Assembly (NCBI GenBank): GCA_048013815.1
Contig: CM106586.1
Location: 5,332,001-5,396,000 of the forward strand
Length of the DNA stretch: 64,000 bases
Direction of reading: 5' to 3'
Origin: Setoptus koraiensis
Taxonomy: Eukaryota; Animalia; Arthropoda
In this document: positions 44,632 through 56,852 of the stretch, piece by piece
Position numbering within the stretch: position 1 is the stretch's first letter
How the letters are laid out: each line of letters opens with the position of its first letter
Made by a program: the position numbers and the translations under genes
Notes under the pieces: model-generated
Seen by the model: only the letters and a program-made list of their open reading frames with translations
What the model was told of the DNA's origin: nothing
The model's database searches: none

Positions 44632-46457
44632 CCACAAGTGGCCACCGCAATCCAATCCGCGCGCGACGGGCGCCGTGAAAATCATAGAAAATATTCACGT
44701 AAATAATATTCAACAATTAATATTGTGCGTTACTATCACTGTCGCTAGTCGGATTGTGGGATGAGCTGGCGCGGTGTGCGGCCAGCTTCAACTGATAATA
44801 TCAAATGGATAATATCAAGTGGATATGCACTCATGCCCGCCGTGCGACTGTCTATAATATCGACTCGATATCACTGTCAGTATTACCATTATCGTGCATA
44901 ATAAACAGACGAACGTCCGCAAAGTTGCCATGATGAAATAAGCGAAATGAATGGCCCGTAAGAATGTGCGAGGATGTCGCGGATTATCCGCCGCTCATAC
45001 ATGCTCACGTTACATGAGTCGTGTATCGGCGGCGGATAATCCGTATCGATGGTGCTAAGCAAACATGCGAGCGGCCTTACTGTTTGCATACACAGGTAGA
45101 TGGAATGGAGCGTCGGATTGAGTCACTGTCACTAGTTAACTGGGTCATAGAATCTGCTCGGCGTCTTGAACTCATCGGCGTCACTGGTCAAACCACTTTG
45201 TGTGTCGTTGTTCGTGTTGTTTGCTCGCAAGGCGGGGGCTGTGTGCCGGCCGGCCGGCCGGCCATTTAGCCGCTAAGCCAATTTTGAGCTCTCTGGCTGC
45301 GTCCCGAGCTCGTCGAGAATCGTCGACAGTCGTCAGTCGGCAGTGGCTTCGATCGTGGGCGTCGCAATTCATGATTCGAGAGTCGCGATTCATGATTCCA
45401 GAGTCGCGATTCATGATTCAAGAGTCATGATTCATGACTCTCGACTCTCGACGGCCGACGCTCGGCTCTTGACTCGCAATCTCAACTGTGAAACCCGCCA
45501 GACGTAACAGTGCAGCGAAACAGCCAGCTCAACAACGAGAAGAAAAAGTGTTTTCCCTGGGAATTACCAAGCCACAAGGCTCAGATGGCGGCCGACAAGT
45601 TGTTGCAGCAGCGATGTCTCTGGCAAACAAAGTGGCTCGGCTCGCCTGAGCACGGCATCCCCGACAAGAAGCCAATCAGCCGGCCAGCCAGCCACTCCAT
45701 GTGAATGACCACTGACAAAAAGTTTGTTGCTGTTGTTGTTGCTGTTGCTGTCGCTGGTTAATTAGAGCCAGCGCTTGTATGGTGTGTGTGTGTGAGAGAG
45801 CGACTCGAGAGAAAGGAACTGACTCGATCATGCAATCACTTTTACGGCCACCGTAGACATGCAATGAGTTGCCACTTGATCAGCGGCGCCGAGCCAACAA
45901 ACTCTAATAAGCCAGCAACTAATAAGCGAAAGTAGGGTATTTACATGCCCCTGGCTGGCTGCGATTGTCTTCATTATCGGCCGTCGAGACAACATCGGCG
46001 CCAGCATCGAGCGACCAGACGCAACAGACGAGCGAGCGAGCCCTGAGAAGCGGACTGAAGAAGAAAACTTTCAGCAAGTTTCGTGCAACAATCGCTAACT
46101 GCCACACACAAGCAAACTATTGACACGCCAGCGCCAACGAACCGCCGACGCAGCCAATCAGACCATGGCTGAGATCTAGTTTTTCGAGCAGTCTTTTCAT
46201 TGTCCATTCACTCGTCGTCGTCGTCGTGTTTGTCGCGACAACAGCAGCAGCAACAGCGACAACAACGGCATCAGCGACAGCAACAGCAACAACAATTGTC
46301 AATTGAAAAGTGTCGCCAATTGTCAGCCAGCCAGCAACAGTGCGCCAGTGGGCCAGAAATGGACAACACCAACTCTGGTTAGACTGTCACCGTTAGTTAA
46401 TCAGGGCAATTGCAGGCGACATTGCATCGTTTGTAGCGTCGTCACACAACAGTCTAG

Positions 46458-48722
46458 ATGCACTTGTTAAAACTCCAGGCCGCCAGTGCAGCATCGAGGG
46501 CCCGCCAGAAGCGCACCGTCGCTACCCCACTACCGCTAAATACACCGACCGCTGACGAATGGCACCCGCATGCGGTCGCCCGTCACAAGTGCCACCGAAA
46601 GGCGCCGAATAGGCCCCGAACGACCGCAACGAATACCCCAAGCAGCGCCCCAAGCAGCGCCCCAAGCAGCGCCCCAAGCAGCGCCCCAAACAGTGCCCCA
46701 ACAAACAGCAACAAAGCTACAGCAGCGTGCCTGCTGACGCTGTGGCTGCTCGTCATTTTGTACGTCATTGTGAGCGCCCTCTACGGGGCCCAGCCCGCCA
46801 GCGGCCAGGTACTGTCCTTTCCGCGCCTATTGGGCATTCACCATCAGACACTGTCAACGAGATCTCATCATCATCATAACAACAATCAACAGCGACAACA
46901 GCGCCAGACAACGTCGTCCTCGCAACAACAGCAACAACAACAACAACAGTCCGGTCAGACAAACGGCAACAGTTCCTCATCCTCAAGTGGCTGGCACTTT
47001 CCTCGGCTCTCTCAAGAGCAAGCGGCCGACGTGATACTGACGGGCGTTCAGGTGATTGGCAAAATTGCGCAAGCGGAAACGAGCTTGAATTTTTGTCGCA
47101 CGCCCGACGGTCAAGAGGGCGAATGCAGCGACATACGAAAATGTTTGTGGCTCATGCTGGACAGATCACGGCTACGGCAGTCGGTTTGTTTGCGCAATCT
47201 CATAATACCCGCAGTGTGCTGTCCGAACAGCGCAACCGGAAGTAGCGGCAGCCAACAATCACCCGTCAACAAAACGGAGCCGCTGACCGGCGCAACGGAC
47301 GCCGGCCAGCCAGCCCTGCTCAAGGCAAAGGCGCCCCGCAAGCGCAAGCCGCTCGACCATTATCAATTGAGGCCGCTCAACATGACCAGCACCCAGCAGC
47401 AGACGGTGGCCGGGCCGGCCACGGGCACCGCGTCGCTCATAATCAGGAACCACCATCAGCAGCAGCAGCAGCAGACCGCGTCCAGCAGCACGTCCACAAC
47501 CACTGCCCGGCCCGACGGCAACCGGCCCGACGGGTCGCACTCGATGCATCACAGCGTTCTCACCGTTTCATCGGGATCGTTTGACAGCACGACGCCAGCA
47601 GTCAGCAATCAGTCGAGCGCGGCGCCGCCACAGTCGCCCACAAACAACCAAACCACAACAACGTACCCGTGGTCCAACAGCACCAGCTGCGGCGAGGGCG
47701 GCCGACTGCGCACGGGCCGCATTGTGGGCGGCAGCGACTCGAAGCAGGGCCAGTGGCCCTGGATGAGCGCCATCTATCTGAGCAAGAATCACGGGGCCGA
47801 GTTTTGGTGCGGGGGCGCGCTCATCAACAGCAGGTACATTTTGACTGCGGCGCATTGTTTGTCGGACCAGCGCGGCAACAAGTACCTGACCGAACAGATA
47901 ACGGTTAAATTGGGCGGCGTTGATCTAGTCAAGCACCAGGCCCCCCCGAACAGATTGCATCATCATCAGCAGCACAACGGCGCCAACGAGCAGCAACCGC
48001 TATACAGCGACGAGGGCAGCATACTGGACAACAACAACCACAACGAGCTTAGCATCACCCAAATACTGTCCAAGGCGCTGTTGGGCAGCGCGGCCAAGGC
48101 CATTTTTCAGCAAGCGACCGGCGGCGGCCCGTCGCGATCGATGGCGTCGGGCGGTGCGCCGACCGGCTCGGGCTCGGGACCCGCAAACAGCAGGGACCAG
48201 CAGCAGCAGCACTATTTCAGCGAGTACAAGGCCACCGCTGTGAAGCAGCACCCCAAATTTCAGCGCCACGGCTTCTACAACGACATCGGGCTCATCGAGC
48301 TGGCCGAAGAGGTCCAGTTCGACGAGCACATTCAGCCCGTTTGTTTGCCCGGCCACTCGGACTTGCAGCGCGATTTCACCGGCTACATGGCCACCGTGCT
48401 GGGCTGGGGCACGCTCAGCTACGGCGGCCCGAGCAGCAAATCGCTGCAACAGGTGACTATGCCTATTTGGACAAACAAAGACTGTGATGATAGATACCTA
48501 CAGCCCATTGGTAAAACATTCCTATGCGCCGGCTTCTTGCAAGGCGGCAAAGACGCCTGCCAGGGCGACTCGGGCGGCCCGCTCATGATCAGCGACGCGA
48601 CGGGCCGCTGGACACTGCACGGTATTGTGTCGTTTGGAAAGACTTGCGCCCAGGCCGGTTACCCGGGCGTCTACACGAAAGTCACCGAGTATCTCGGCTG
48701 GATAAAGGACAACATTCGATGA
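46458..48722 (+). CDS. CLIP-domain trypsin-like serine protease (Stubble/proclotting enzyme-like), intronless
   Basis: Hydrophobic signal anchor, clip domain (CRTPDGQEGEC...C...C...CCP), S/T/Q-rich stem, activation site R|IVGG, and catalytic TAAHC, NDIG, GDSGGP. Start codon uncertain. Confidence 0.92.
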   Translation: MHLLKLQAASAASRARQKRTVATPLPLNTPTADEWHPHAVARHKCHRKAPNRPRTTATNTPSSAPSSAPSSAPSSAPNSAPTNSNKATAACLLTLWLLVILYVIVSALYGAQPASGQVLSFPRLLGIHHQTLSTRSHHHHNNNQQRQQRQTTSSSQQQQQQQQQSGQTNGNSSSSSSGWHFPRLSQEQAADVILTGVQVIGKIAQAETSLNFCRTPDGQEGECSDIRKCLWLMLDRSRLRQSVCLRNLIIPAVCCPNSATGSSGSQQSPVNKTEPLTGATDAGQPALLKAKAPRKRKPLDHYQLRPLNMTSTQQQTVAGPATGTASLIIRNHHQQQQQQTASSSTSTTTARPDGNRPDGSHSMHHSVLTVSSGSFDSTTPAVSNQSSAAPPQSPTNNQTTTTYPWSNSTSCGEGGRLRTGRIVGGSDSKQGQWPWMSAIYLSKNHGAEFWCGGALINSRYILTAAHCLSDQRGNKYLTEQITVKLGGVDLVKHQAPPNRLHHHQQHNGANEQQPLYSDEGSILDNNNHNELSITQILSKALLGSAAKAIFQQATGGGPSRSMASGGAPTGSGSGPANSRDQQQQHYFSEYKATAVKQHPKFQRHGFYNDIGLIELAEEVQFDEHIQPVCLPGHSDLQRDFTGYMATVLGWGTLSYGGPSSKSLQQVTMPIWTNKDCDDRYLQPIGKTFLCAGFLQGGKDACQGDSGGPLMISDATGRWTLHGIVSFGKTCAQAGYPGVYTKVTEYLGWIKDNIR

Positions 48723-49545
48723 AAAAGTGTATATGTATGTAGTAACTTATGTATATATATAGAGAGAGAGACTGGGGCACAAAAGTCACCTATCCGTTCG
48801 CGAAATTTTGTTCGTTCGCTTGTTTTTTATTGTTTGTTTGTCAGTCGACGAACAAATAACTGATCAACTCCGAACGTCTCCCTGTAGTAGGCCGTGTGTA
48901 GGCGGACAACCTCAGTAACGTTAATAATAATAAAAAAAAGCAAACACTCACATTACATAATAATCTGATGCTCTGTAGGTGCCACAGTGCCGAAGTGATG
49001 CTGCTTCAGACGAGCCTCGGTTCATCTGTCGCAAGCATGATTTATATCACATCTAACAAACACATCACTGGCTACACGTCAATCATTATTATAGTGCACC
49101 ACAGTTACCACTCGGCTAGATCAGCGTCATGTTTTATTGGACCAAAATGAATCATTGGGAAATGAAAAGAGTAAACAAAGATTACGCTATGCTCACGCAA
49201 GCCAGCATTATCTTGATTAGAGTGGCGGTTGCATACATATATATATATGTGGTGTGTAACGACGACAATTGTGTAACGACAATCAATTATGATTGGTTGC
49301 ATAGACCCAGTCAGTAGCGATGATAAACAATGTTGAACATTTTATGCTCACTGCTTCCATAACACATTGCTTCTGGTAAGCTCATCATCCAATTGTTACA
49401 AACAATTCCATTTTTGAATCACTTCAAGCAAAGTACTGCTGAAATTCTTCATCATAAGAACTAAGGACCGAATCTTAACAGCTTTCCCGCGACAATATTC
49501 TTGCAATAATAGACTAGCCAAACGGAAACTAAAATTCATTTTATC

Positions 49546-50132
49546 ATGGGTCGACAAGCTATCTTGCCAACAATATGCGGTAAGCGGTAGCGACATGAGT
49601 CATCTTATAAATGGACCCCAGTCTCAAGTATATGATAACCGTTTCTAACTTTTTCCATACGATTCCATCATTTCCATCCAAATTAGCTTGTCTGATTATG
49701 CACATTCAAGCGATTCATTGCCAGCTCATGGGTGGAGTCTACGATTTTGGTGCTGGGCGCTCGGGAGAAATAAGAGGTTGGTTTTGATTGAACTGCCATT
49801 TTATTTGCTATCTCTTCTCTATTCAATAGCATTGATACAGTAACAAAATAACTCTCAAAAACCATATTTTGTAGGCTCTTTCACGCCGGCAGAAGTTGTG
49901 GCCATAATTTTGCTCGTCATGAGCATAATAGCCGGATTGGGGGTGACTCTCGCTTTCTGTTACATAGTGTCCAAAAAGCAAACAAACAATAAGGTAAGAA
50001 TGATGCGACGCCTTCCCTATTGGTCATTTTGAATACCTGCGCCTATGATATACCAATTGGAACATTTTGTTTTATTTCACTGTCAACTTCAATCTGTATA
50101 CTCAGTTAAACGGTAGCAGTAGTAACATCTAG
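49546..50132 (+). CDS. Predicted 89-aa type I membrane microprotein, 4 exons (not in the ORF track)
   Basis: Exons 49546-49579, 49687-49776, 49875-49993 and 50106-50132, all GT-AG and phase-compatible (270 nt). Product MGRQAILPTICACLIMHIQAIHCQLMGGVYDFGAGRSGEIRGSFTPAEVVAIILLVMSIIAGLGVTLAFCYIVSKKQTNNKLNGSSSNI. Confidence 0.7.
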
Positions 50133-50578
50133 CTTGGCTAATACCATTGGTCGGTGAGAGATGGAAGACTCGGACTTACAATTCAGAAACTATATGGGTA
50201 TTTTTAGTTCGGAAGGACTGCTCTGTTGATTGAGAAACACTGCTCTATTTGTACATACTAATCCAATAAAATCAAAGATTGACATCCCTTTCTTGCTCTC
50301 AAGTTGCCAGTATTCTACAAGCGCGTGTTACATAGGAGCTGGTTGCAAAGAAATGTCTCGCCTCTCCATGAAGGCGTTTTTCAATTTCTAAAGTGAAGAT
50401 AATGCTGCTATATTGGTGAAATTATGTTGCTTTGACTATGAAAATTACGTTATGCCACGACAAATTCTAGGATAATGGCAACAACAAGAAAAGTACAATG
50501 TGAGTGTGCCAATTTTATTTATTTTTTCGAGTAATTATTACATTCAGAGCTACTATATTATTATGAATTAATTTGACT

Positions 50579-51365
50579 TTAACAATTACATGATTCGCTT
50601 GATGTTTTGGGCTCATTGAGTCTGATTTGATCTGGGAAATCGTTTTTGTAAATTTCAACCTCGCTTTCTTGAGCTAGGCCGTTACGTGCCACGGTCAAGA
50701 AGGCGTTCTCTACGTTGATTGCATCTTTAGCACTGGTTTCAAAATATGGTATGTTGTTTTTACTTTGACACCAAGCTTGCGCTCTTTTGGTGGAAACCTG
50801 AGACCATTGAAGGAAAATAAAATTGATAATAAGTTAATGAACAGCATGAGACAAATGATGAGATTTGTTGTGTAAAGCGCACAACAACAATGACAACAGC
50901 CAATAATTGCGCAAGAGGCTTCTTTGTGGAAGCTTGTTTTGCATGAGTCATCCTAATTACACTTACAGCTCTGTTCTCTTGGTCGACCTTATTGCCTATA
51001 ACGATAAATGGAAAGTTTTCTGGATCTCTTGGTGAGGCCTGTATAAGGAATTCGTCGCGCCATGAATCTAGGGATTTAAATGTTGTTGGGGCCGTAACAT
51101 CGTACACTAGTACACAACAATCTGCACCACGATAAAAAGCAACACCAAGTGATTGAAAACGTTCTTGTCCGGCCGTGTCCCAAATTTGCATTGTTACTAG
51201 CCTCTCATCCACTACCACTTCTTTTGTAAGGAAATCAGCACCGATGGTGGCCTTATATTGATTGGAGAACTTTTTATTGACATACTGATTCATCAAGGAT
51301 GTCTTTCCAACTCCAGAATCTCCTAATATGATAACCTTCAACAGTATTTTCTTCTTTGAAGCCAT
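50579..51365 (-). CDS. RAB7: Ras-related protein Rab7 (2 coding exons)
   Basis: Exons 51365-50969 and 50797-50579, intron GTAAGT...CAG. Motifs [41 protein letters not shown] and C-terminal CNC prenylation motif. Confidence 0.97.
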
Positions 51366-51949
51366 AGCTGAATAATCAATTCGATAGGTATGATACGATG
51401 TAGGTAGGATTTGTAGATTAATTTTAATTATTATTGATAATAGTGATATTTTATTTACGCCCTCGCTAGAAACAAGAAAAAATATTACACCAACTACGTT
51501 TGTCTTTATATATGTATATATAGAGAGAGATACTTTTTGAAGCGCACAATAGAAGTAAACAAAATAAAAGCTGCGCATAGCTGAGCTTGCAGATATACAA
51601 TTGTGCCCAAGCACGATTATACAAATCGTACTTTTGCCTGCTCGATGGCACAAACACTCGCACCATTAATGTTCTTTTTTCGAACAAAAAAGGATCATGT
51701 GCCACCCAAAACCACGTTCTGTGCGAAAATCCATTGTTTATCGGGCACGTAGATTCGATTGTATACATTCGAACCCCTGCGTGCAATCAGCAGTTTTTAG
51801 GAGGCGCGCAGTTCGAACAACTTTCGGGCCGCCTGACTGAAAGACTTTCTCTGTACTGTATAACTGTCTGTTACGTAACAATCTCGACCAGGAATCTATC
51901 ATGCAATTTTTCGATGATAACTCTCCAGGAATAGAATAAAAATAATACA

Positions 51950-52504
51950 TCATTCAGGTTGACACGATGATCTTTGCTGGTATCGAGCCATCTCTTCCTC
52001 AAAAGCCTTCTCGTATAATCTCCGGCGTTCATCAATTATGGCCTGTTGCTTGAGCTCATAGTGCCTGACACGAGCTCGGTGCTCTTGTTCTAGGCGCAGT
52101 TTTGTAAGCTCAAATTCCCTAGTCCTCTCCTCAAGATGCCTTTCCCGAGAAGCAGCCTGTTCTTGCTCAAACAACTGACAGGCTCTATTCTCGTGATGAT
52201 TCTGAAGAACAGTCAACATTTGTTCCATTTCGGCGAACTGGCTCGACAGTTGTTTCATGTCTTGTTCAATATCTTTGACGCTTCTTGTGAGATCGTTAAA
52301 AGAGTTGGCGCCTGTTTCTAAAAATAGTTCCAATACCTCCCTTCGCTTTTTGGTGGATTCTTCAAGTTTAACCAGTCTATGAAGCACTTTTTTGGCTTTA
52401 CTAACGTTTTGTTCACTTTTTTTGTGTATACTATTCCAATGATCCTGAAAATGGGATAGCAGACTAAAACCGGCTGTAGTATCCACATCATCATCTCTGG
52501 CCAT
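51950..52504 (-). CDS. DTNBP1: Dysbindin-like BLOC-1 subunit
   Basis: Coiled-coil protein with dysbindin-like signatures (LLSHFQDHWNSIH; ERRRLYEKAFEEEMARY). Confidence 0.8.
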   Translation of the reverse strand: MARDDDVDTTAGFSLLSHFQDHWNSIHKKSEQNVSKAKKVLHRLVKLEESTKKRREVLELFLETGANSFNDLTRSVKDIEQDMKQLSSQFAEMEQMLTVLQNHHENRACQLFEQEQAASRERHLEERTREFELTKLRLEQEHRARVRHYELKQQAIIDERRRLYEKAFEEEMARYQQRSSCQPE

Positions 52505-53109
52505 GGTTAATTAAAATAATAATTTGATAGACTATGAAATATCCTAATATCGAAAGCAGTTAATTGCACTATGAATACGATGGCAAACATCGCTACTACA
52601 CACAGTGGTCAAATGTTCAATTATCACCAAAATGACTGTTTCTTTGGGAACACGTCATTTTACCAACGACAATTGATGTTATGATATTGGGAAAATTTTT
52701 ACGAAAAAAAGCGCTACCTGACGTTGAACGATATCAACTAGAAACAATAACTAAAATGCATCTCCTAAATAGAAAACGTTTGCGAATGTGTTTGTCGTGA
52801 CGTCCAACATATAACAGCGCCACATACAGCAGCGTACGTGCTGGCCGAGTTGAATTCACGCCGAACTCACAACGTTGCTGCACAAACCAGATAATTCAGC
52901 TATTACTTCTACCAAACGCTTGATCGCATTTCACTACTCAAGTATTGACACAAAGTATGCAAACAGAGACATAGTTACACTTATCACAATTGTTCCCCTG
53001 TCGAAATCAAAAATCCATTCATATAAGAAGCATATATTCAACAGAAGAAAAAAAAAATTATTTATATCACAATTACACACTATCTAGAGCTACGGCTGAG
53101 GATCTCAAT

Positions 53110-54665
53110 ATGGAATCACTTTCGATCTTCAAGGAGTACGGACAAAAATACTTGGGTGTTTACTGGACTCAAAATAATGTCTTTTGGGGAGTTATAATAT
53201 TTTCCTGGGCCACCTATTTATTCGATGTTTTCCTAAATCTAAGACAGGTAAGTTGTCAATGAATGTATCAATCAATATAGTAGTGATAGGCGGAGAATAT
53301 ACTTACTAACTCTAGTTGACTTGTTCATCTTCATTCACCAACACACTACATATGTAGTATCGTATTTATAAGATTACAGAAAAGGTACCAAAAGAACTGG
53401 ACTCCGTTATTGACCATGACACTTTCCTGAAATCTAAGAAATACAATATCGACCGTGCCAAGTTCTCGTTTTTCACCGACTTCTGGTCTCAGTCGACTGG
53501 CACAATCAAATTGTACTTCTTTCTGTTGCCATACTTCTGGAACCTATCCAGAACTGTCATGTTGATGTATTTAGGTTACACTCACATGCAGAGCAACGAG
53601 ATCGTTCAATCAATAGTATTTACTTTCATCACATCCGTAGTATCAACATTACTAGGACTACCATTCTCTATTTACAGCACTTTTGTGATTGAAGAACGCC
53701 ATGGATTTAACAAGCAGACAGCTGCATTCTACACTAAGGACACCATCAAGAAATTTGTTGTGAATTTTGTGATCAGCACGCCTATTGTTGCCACAATTGT
53801 ATACATTGTTCGATCTGGAGGACCCAACTTCTTCATCTATTTGTGGTTGTTCTGTTTCGTAGTCCTTATTATACTGACTGCCTTTCACGGAGAAATTGCT
53901 GCTATATTTGACAAGTTTACCCCACTTCCAGAGGGGGAACTCAGAGAAAAAATCAAAAAACTTGCCGAGAGCCTCAACTTTCCTCTGAAGCAATTGTATG
54001 TTGTAGAGGGAAGCGCACGCAGCAGTCATTCTAATGCATACTTCTTTGGATTTTTCAATCGTAAAAGAGTAGTTCTTTACGATACTCTCATCGAAGGCTA
54101 TGTTAAAGAATCAGACAAAGCCACGGGTGATGTGAAAGAGCAGGAAGTCGATGAAGTTAAAGAAAAAGTTGAAACCAAGCCAGATGAAAAGAAAAAGAAG
54201 AACGCTGGATGTAACGATGAAGAAATTGTGGCTGTTCTAGGTCATGAACTAGGTCATTGGTCTCTGAATCACATGGTCAAGAATATTATATTCGCTGAGG
54301 TAAATTTATTTTTCATGTTCTTGATATTTTCGTTTCTTCATCAAGATAGTGTTCTGTTCTCGGCTTTTGGATTCAAAGGAGAAAAACCAGTAATAGTTGG
54401 ACTGTTCTTAGTTATTAGCTATATCTTAGCACCATACAATGAGATACAATCATTCGTACACATCTGTCTGAGCCGTAGGTACGAGTTTCAAGCTGACGCC
54501 TTCGCCAAGAAACTTGGTCGAGCTACAATGTTGAAGAGCGCCTTAGTTAAGTTGCAGAAGGATAATCTTGGATTTCCAGTATACGACAAATTATATAGTA
54601 GCTTTAAACATAGTCACCCACCACTCCTCGAGCGTCTCGAAGCATTAGGAACGAAAGAAGATTGA
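53110..54665 (+). CDS. ZMPSTE24: CAAX prenyl protease 1 (M48 zinc metalloprotease), 2 coding exons
   Basis: Exons 53110-53247 and 53358-54665; multiple TM segments, FVIEERHGFNKQT, RSSHSNAYFFG, HELGH (HExxH) and HSHPPLLERL. Confidence 0.95.
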
Positions 54666-54969
54666 GCATAATACATTTACATACTATATTTTCTCATGAC
54701 GAAATATACAGCCGAACATAAATTCCGAAACCATATCGACGGAACCTCATCTGAAATAAAGAAAGATCTTTTCCTGTCCCAAGGGGTACAACAATTTTAT
54801 TTGCATAGTCGACATTAGTACGACATACAGTTCGGCAAACATTAGCCCACCGCACCTTATATACCGTCAGCCAGTCCAAATCATCTAGTATCCAACCAAT
54901 ATGTATACTGATGATCTTGAGATAACCTCCAATAATGGCTATACATCTTTAGTTCGCATCCCCTCGTCA

Positions 54970-55446
54970 CTATTTGTTGTATGGTCCCGAAAATCCTAAA
55001 GGATACCTCGGGTCATCATTTTTCCAATGCTCATTACCAAAACTATTGCACACTTTGACATAGAAATTGACCGTGTCATCTTGCTCGGCAATCTCAGCTA
55101 GCAACTCCTTCACTCGGCGCGAATCTTTTTTTTCTTTCGCTCTCATCATCTCGAGATACAAATCTCGTTGTCTGATTCGCGCATCCTTAATTCTATTTCT
55201 AGCATCGGACATCGTTTCGTTCCATTCTTCATCCCTTTCGTTGATTTCAATTCTTTTATTTTCAGGAAATACAAAGTCATAATCGTATCGAAGCCTATTA
55301 TCCTTCGAATTGTCCTCGTTTACAATGTAGGGTTTAATTTTAATTAGATCTTCGAATTTGTATGCATCCCAGACGGGAGCAGCGAGGACCACTGTCTGAG
55401 ACCAAAATGCGCAAAATAATAACAAAGACAACTGGGAAACACTCAT
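54970..55446 (-). CDS. Orphan secreted protein (158 aa)
   Basis: ATG start, signal peptide (MSVSQLSLLLFCAFWSQTVVLA|AP), charged helical body; no recognisable domain. Confidence 0.7.
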   Translation of the reverse strand: MSVSQLSLLLFCAFWSQTVVLAAPVWDAYKFEDLIKIKPYIVNEDNSKDNRLRYDYDFVFPENKRIEINERDEEWNETMSDARNRIKDARIRQRDLYLEMMRAKEKKDSRRVKELLAEIAEQDDTVNFYVKVCNSFGNEHWKNDDPRYPLGFSGPYNK

Positions 55447-55598
55447 CTCTACAGCTTATATAGTTCTAACTCTAATATTGCAGGGATTCTGTTTGTTGTG
55501 AGCAATCACTAAATTACTTGAGATATCTATTACAACTTGGCAATAATATATCAACAAAAGTGGAACACATCTAAAATCTTCCGGAGACACACTGACGA

Positions 55599-56092
55599 CT
55601 TGTCGCTTTCAATTCTTTGTTATAAATAATTCTTTATTTGTCATTATTGAGCCATCGACCGCGTTGGAATCTATTTTTGATTTTGATCGCTGATCACGTG
55701 TTATAAACTGATATCCATGTTGTTTTCTAGCAACATCGGCCGATCCGATCGACAAAAGGGATCCACCTAAATATGAGAGAGTCGGAATGCGGTTGGGAGC
55801 GTTGGAAAAGAATAGTAAAGTGTGAGTTTTAACATGTAGGCCGGTCATGGATATTGAATAAGAAAGGAAAAATTGACGAGTCATTCTCTGTCCCAGGAGA
55901 ATGCCGCTACTGTTAATAAGAATAACACTTCAGTTGATAATGTATGGATTGTAATTGATTGCATGAAAGTCACGATCATTTTTTTCGAAGGATGATTATG
56001 GGTTCACTTGATGACTTGTGATCAGTGATCAAAATCAAAAATAGACTCCAACACGGCCGAGAGCTATATCAAATAATTGAAAGCGACAACAT
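55599..56092. repeat. Imperfect inverted repeat pair (about 55599-55697 and 56019-56092); possible degenerate MITE
   Basis: TTGTCGCTTTCAATT...TCGACCGCGTTGGAATCTATTTTTGATTTTGATCGCTGATCAC is mirrored by GTGATCAGTGATCAAAATCAAAAATAGACTCCAACACGGCCGA...AATTGAAAGCGACAA. Confidence 0.7.
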
Positions 56093-56852
56093 TTTGCTGG
56101 CCTAGAATCGGCTGAAAACTCCATGAGTTTGTAGATTTTTCAATGCGAAACATCGAATAAATATGTAATAATGGCTTCATAGATTTTCTTGGAAGATCTG
56201 TCTTTGATTTAGATAAAAAATCGACCAGGTCGTTATAGCTTTATTTAGATGAGGTTCATTATTTTTTATGATATAAGTAAATTTAAAACTCGAATTAAGC
56301 ATCTATACAATAAGTTTTATGTACATATATCAATGATGATGTAAGTTAATTCGATTAATTGCCGACTGACGGCCGTCAGCAAAGCTTGTCTTGATCAATC
56401 CTTATTCCAGGTTCCTTGAAACGATCGAATCGAAGGTCAATCGAAACGATATATAATTGTCTCAGTAAATTTCTATAATGGCAGTAATTTCATATAGATC
56501 AATACGAATCTCATTTGGTTGACATGGTTATAGTGGTATTAATATTTGCATTTGTGTGTTGGTCAAGTTTAAATAATTACACACAATAGATTGTTATACA
56601 ATATATTTACATTCATTTGTTGTGTTCGTTGATAGATTCATGTATGTATATGCAATAAAAAGATATTTTTTGTTCCTTAAGTTACTATTCGCTGGTGATG
56701 GCTTTGGCCACTGAGTTGTTCTTCTTTAGTAAACGTGATAAGAAATATACCATGCGAGCCTGTTGATTTTCTGTAATTTTGCCAGACTCTTGAAATTGTT
56801 TGGCTTTTGTCAACAAAGTGTTGCCTGTCATGGCTGCCATTCTCTTTGACAG

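Noticed and set aside
47928-48220. Protease insert as an unrecognised intron (GTCAAG...TTTCAG)
   Set aside because: Weak donor, and removing 293 nt would shift the reading frame.
50760-51653. 297-aa Rab7 ORF as given
   Set aside because: Includes upstream non-coding and intron read-through; corrected to the two-exon model 50579-51365.
55731-55960. Possible + strand exons with good splice sites (TTTTCTAG...GTGAGT...TCCCAG)
   Set aside because: No upstream start exon or coherent product could be assembled.
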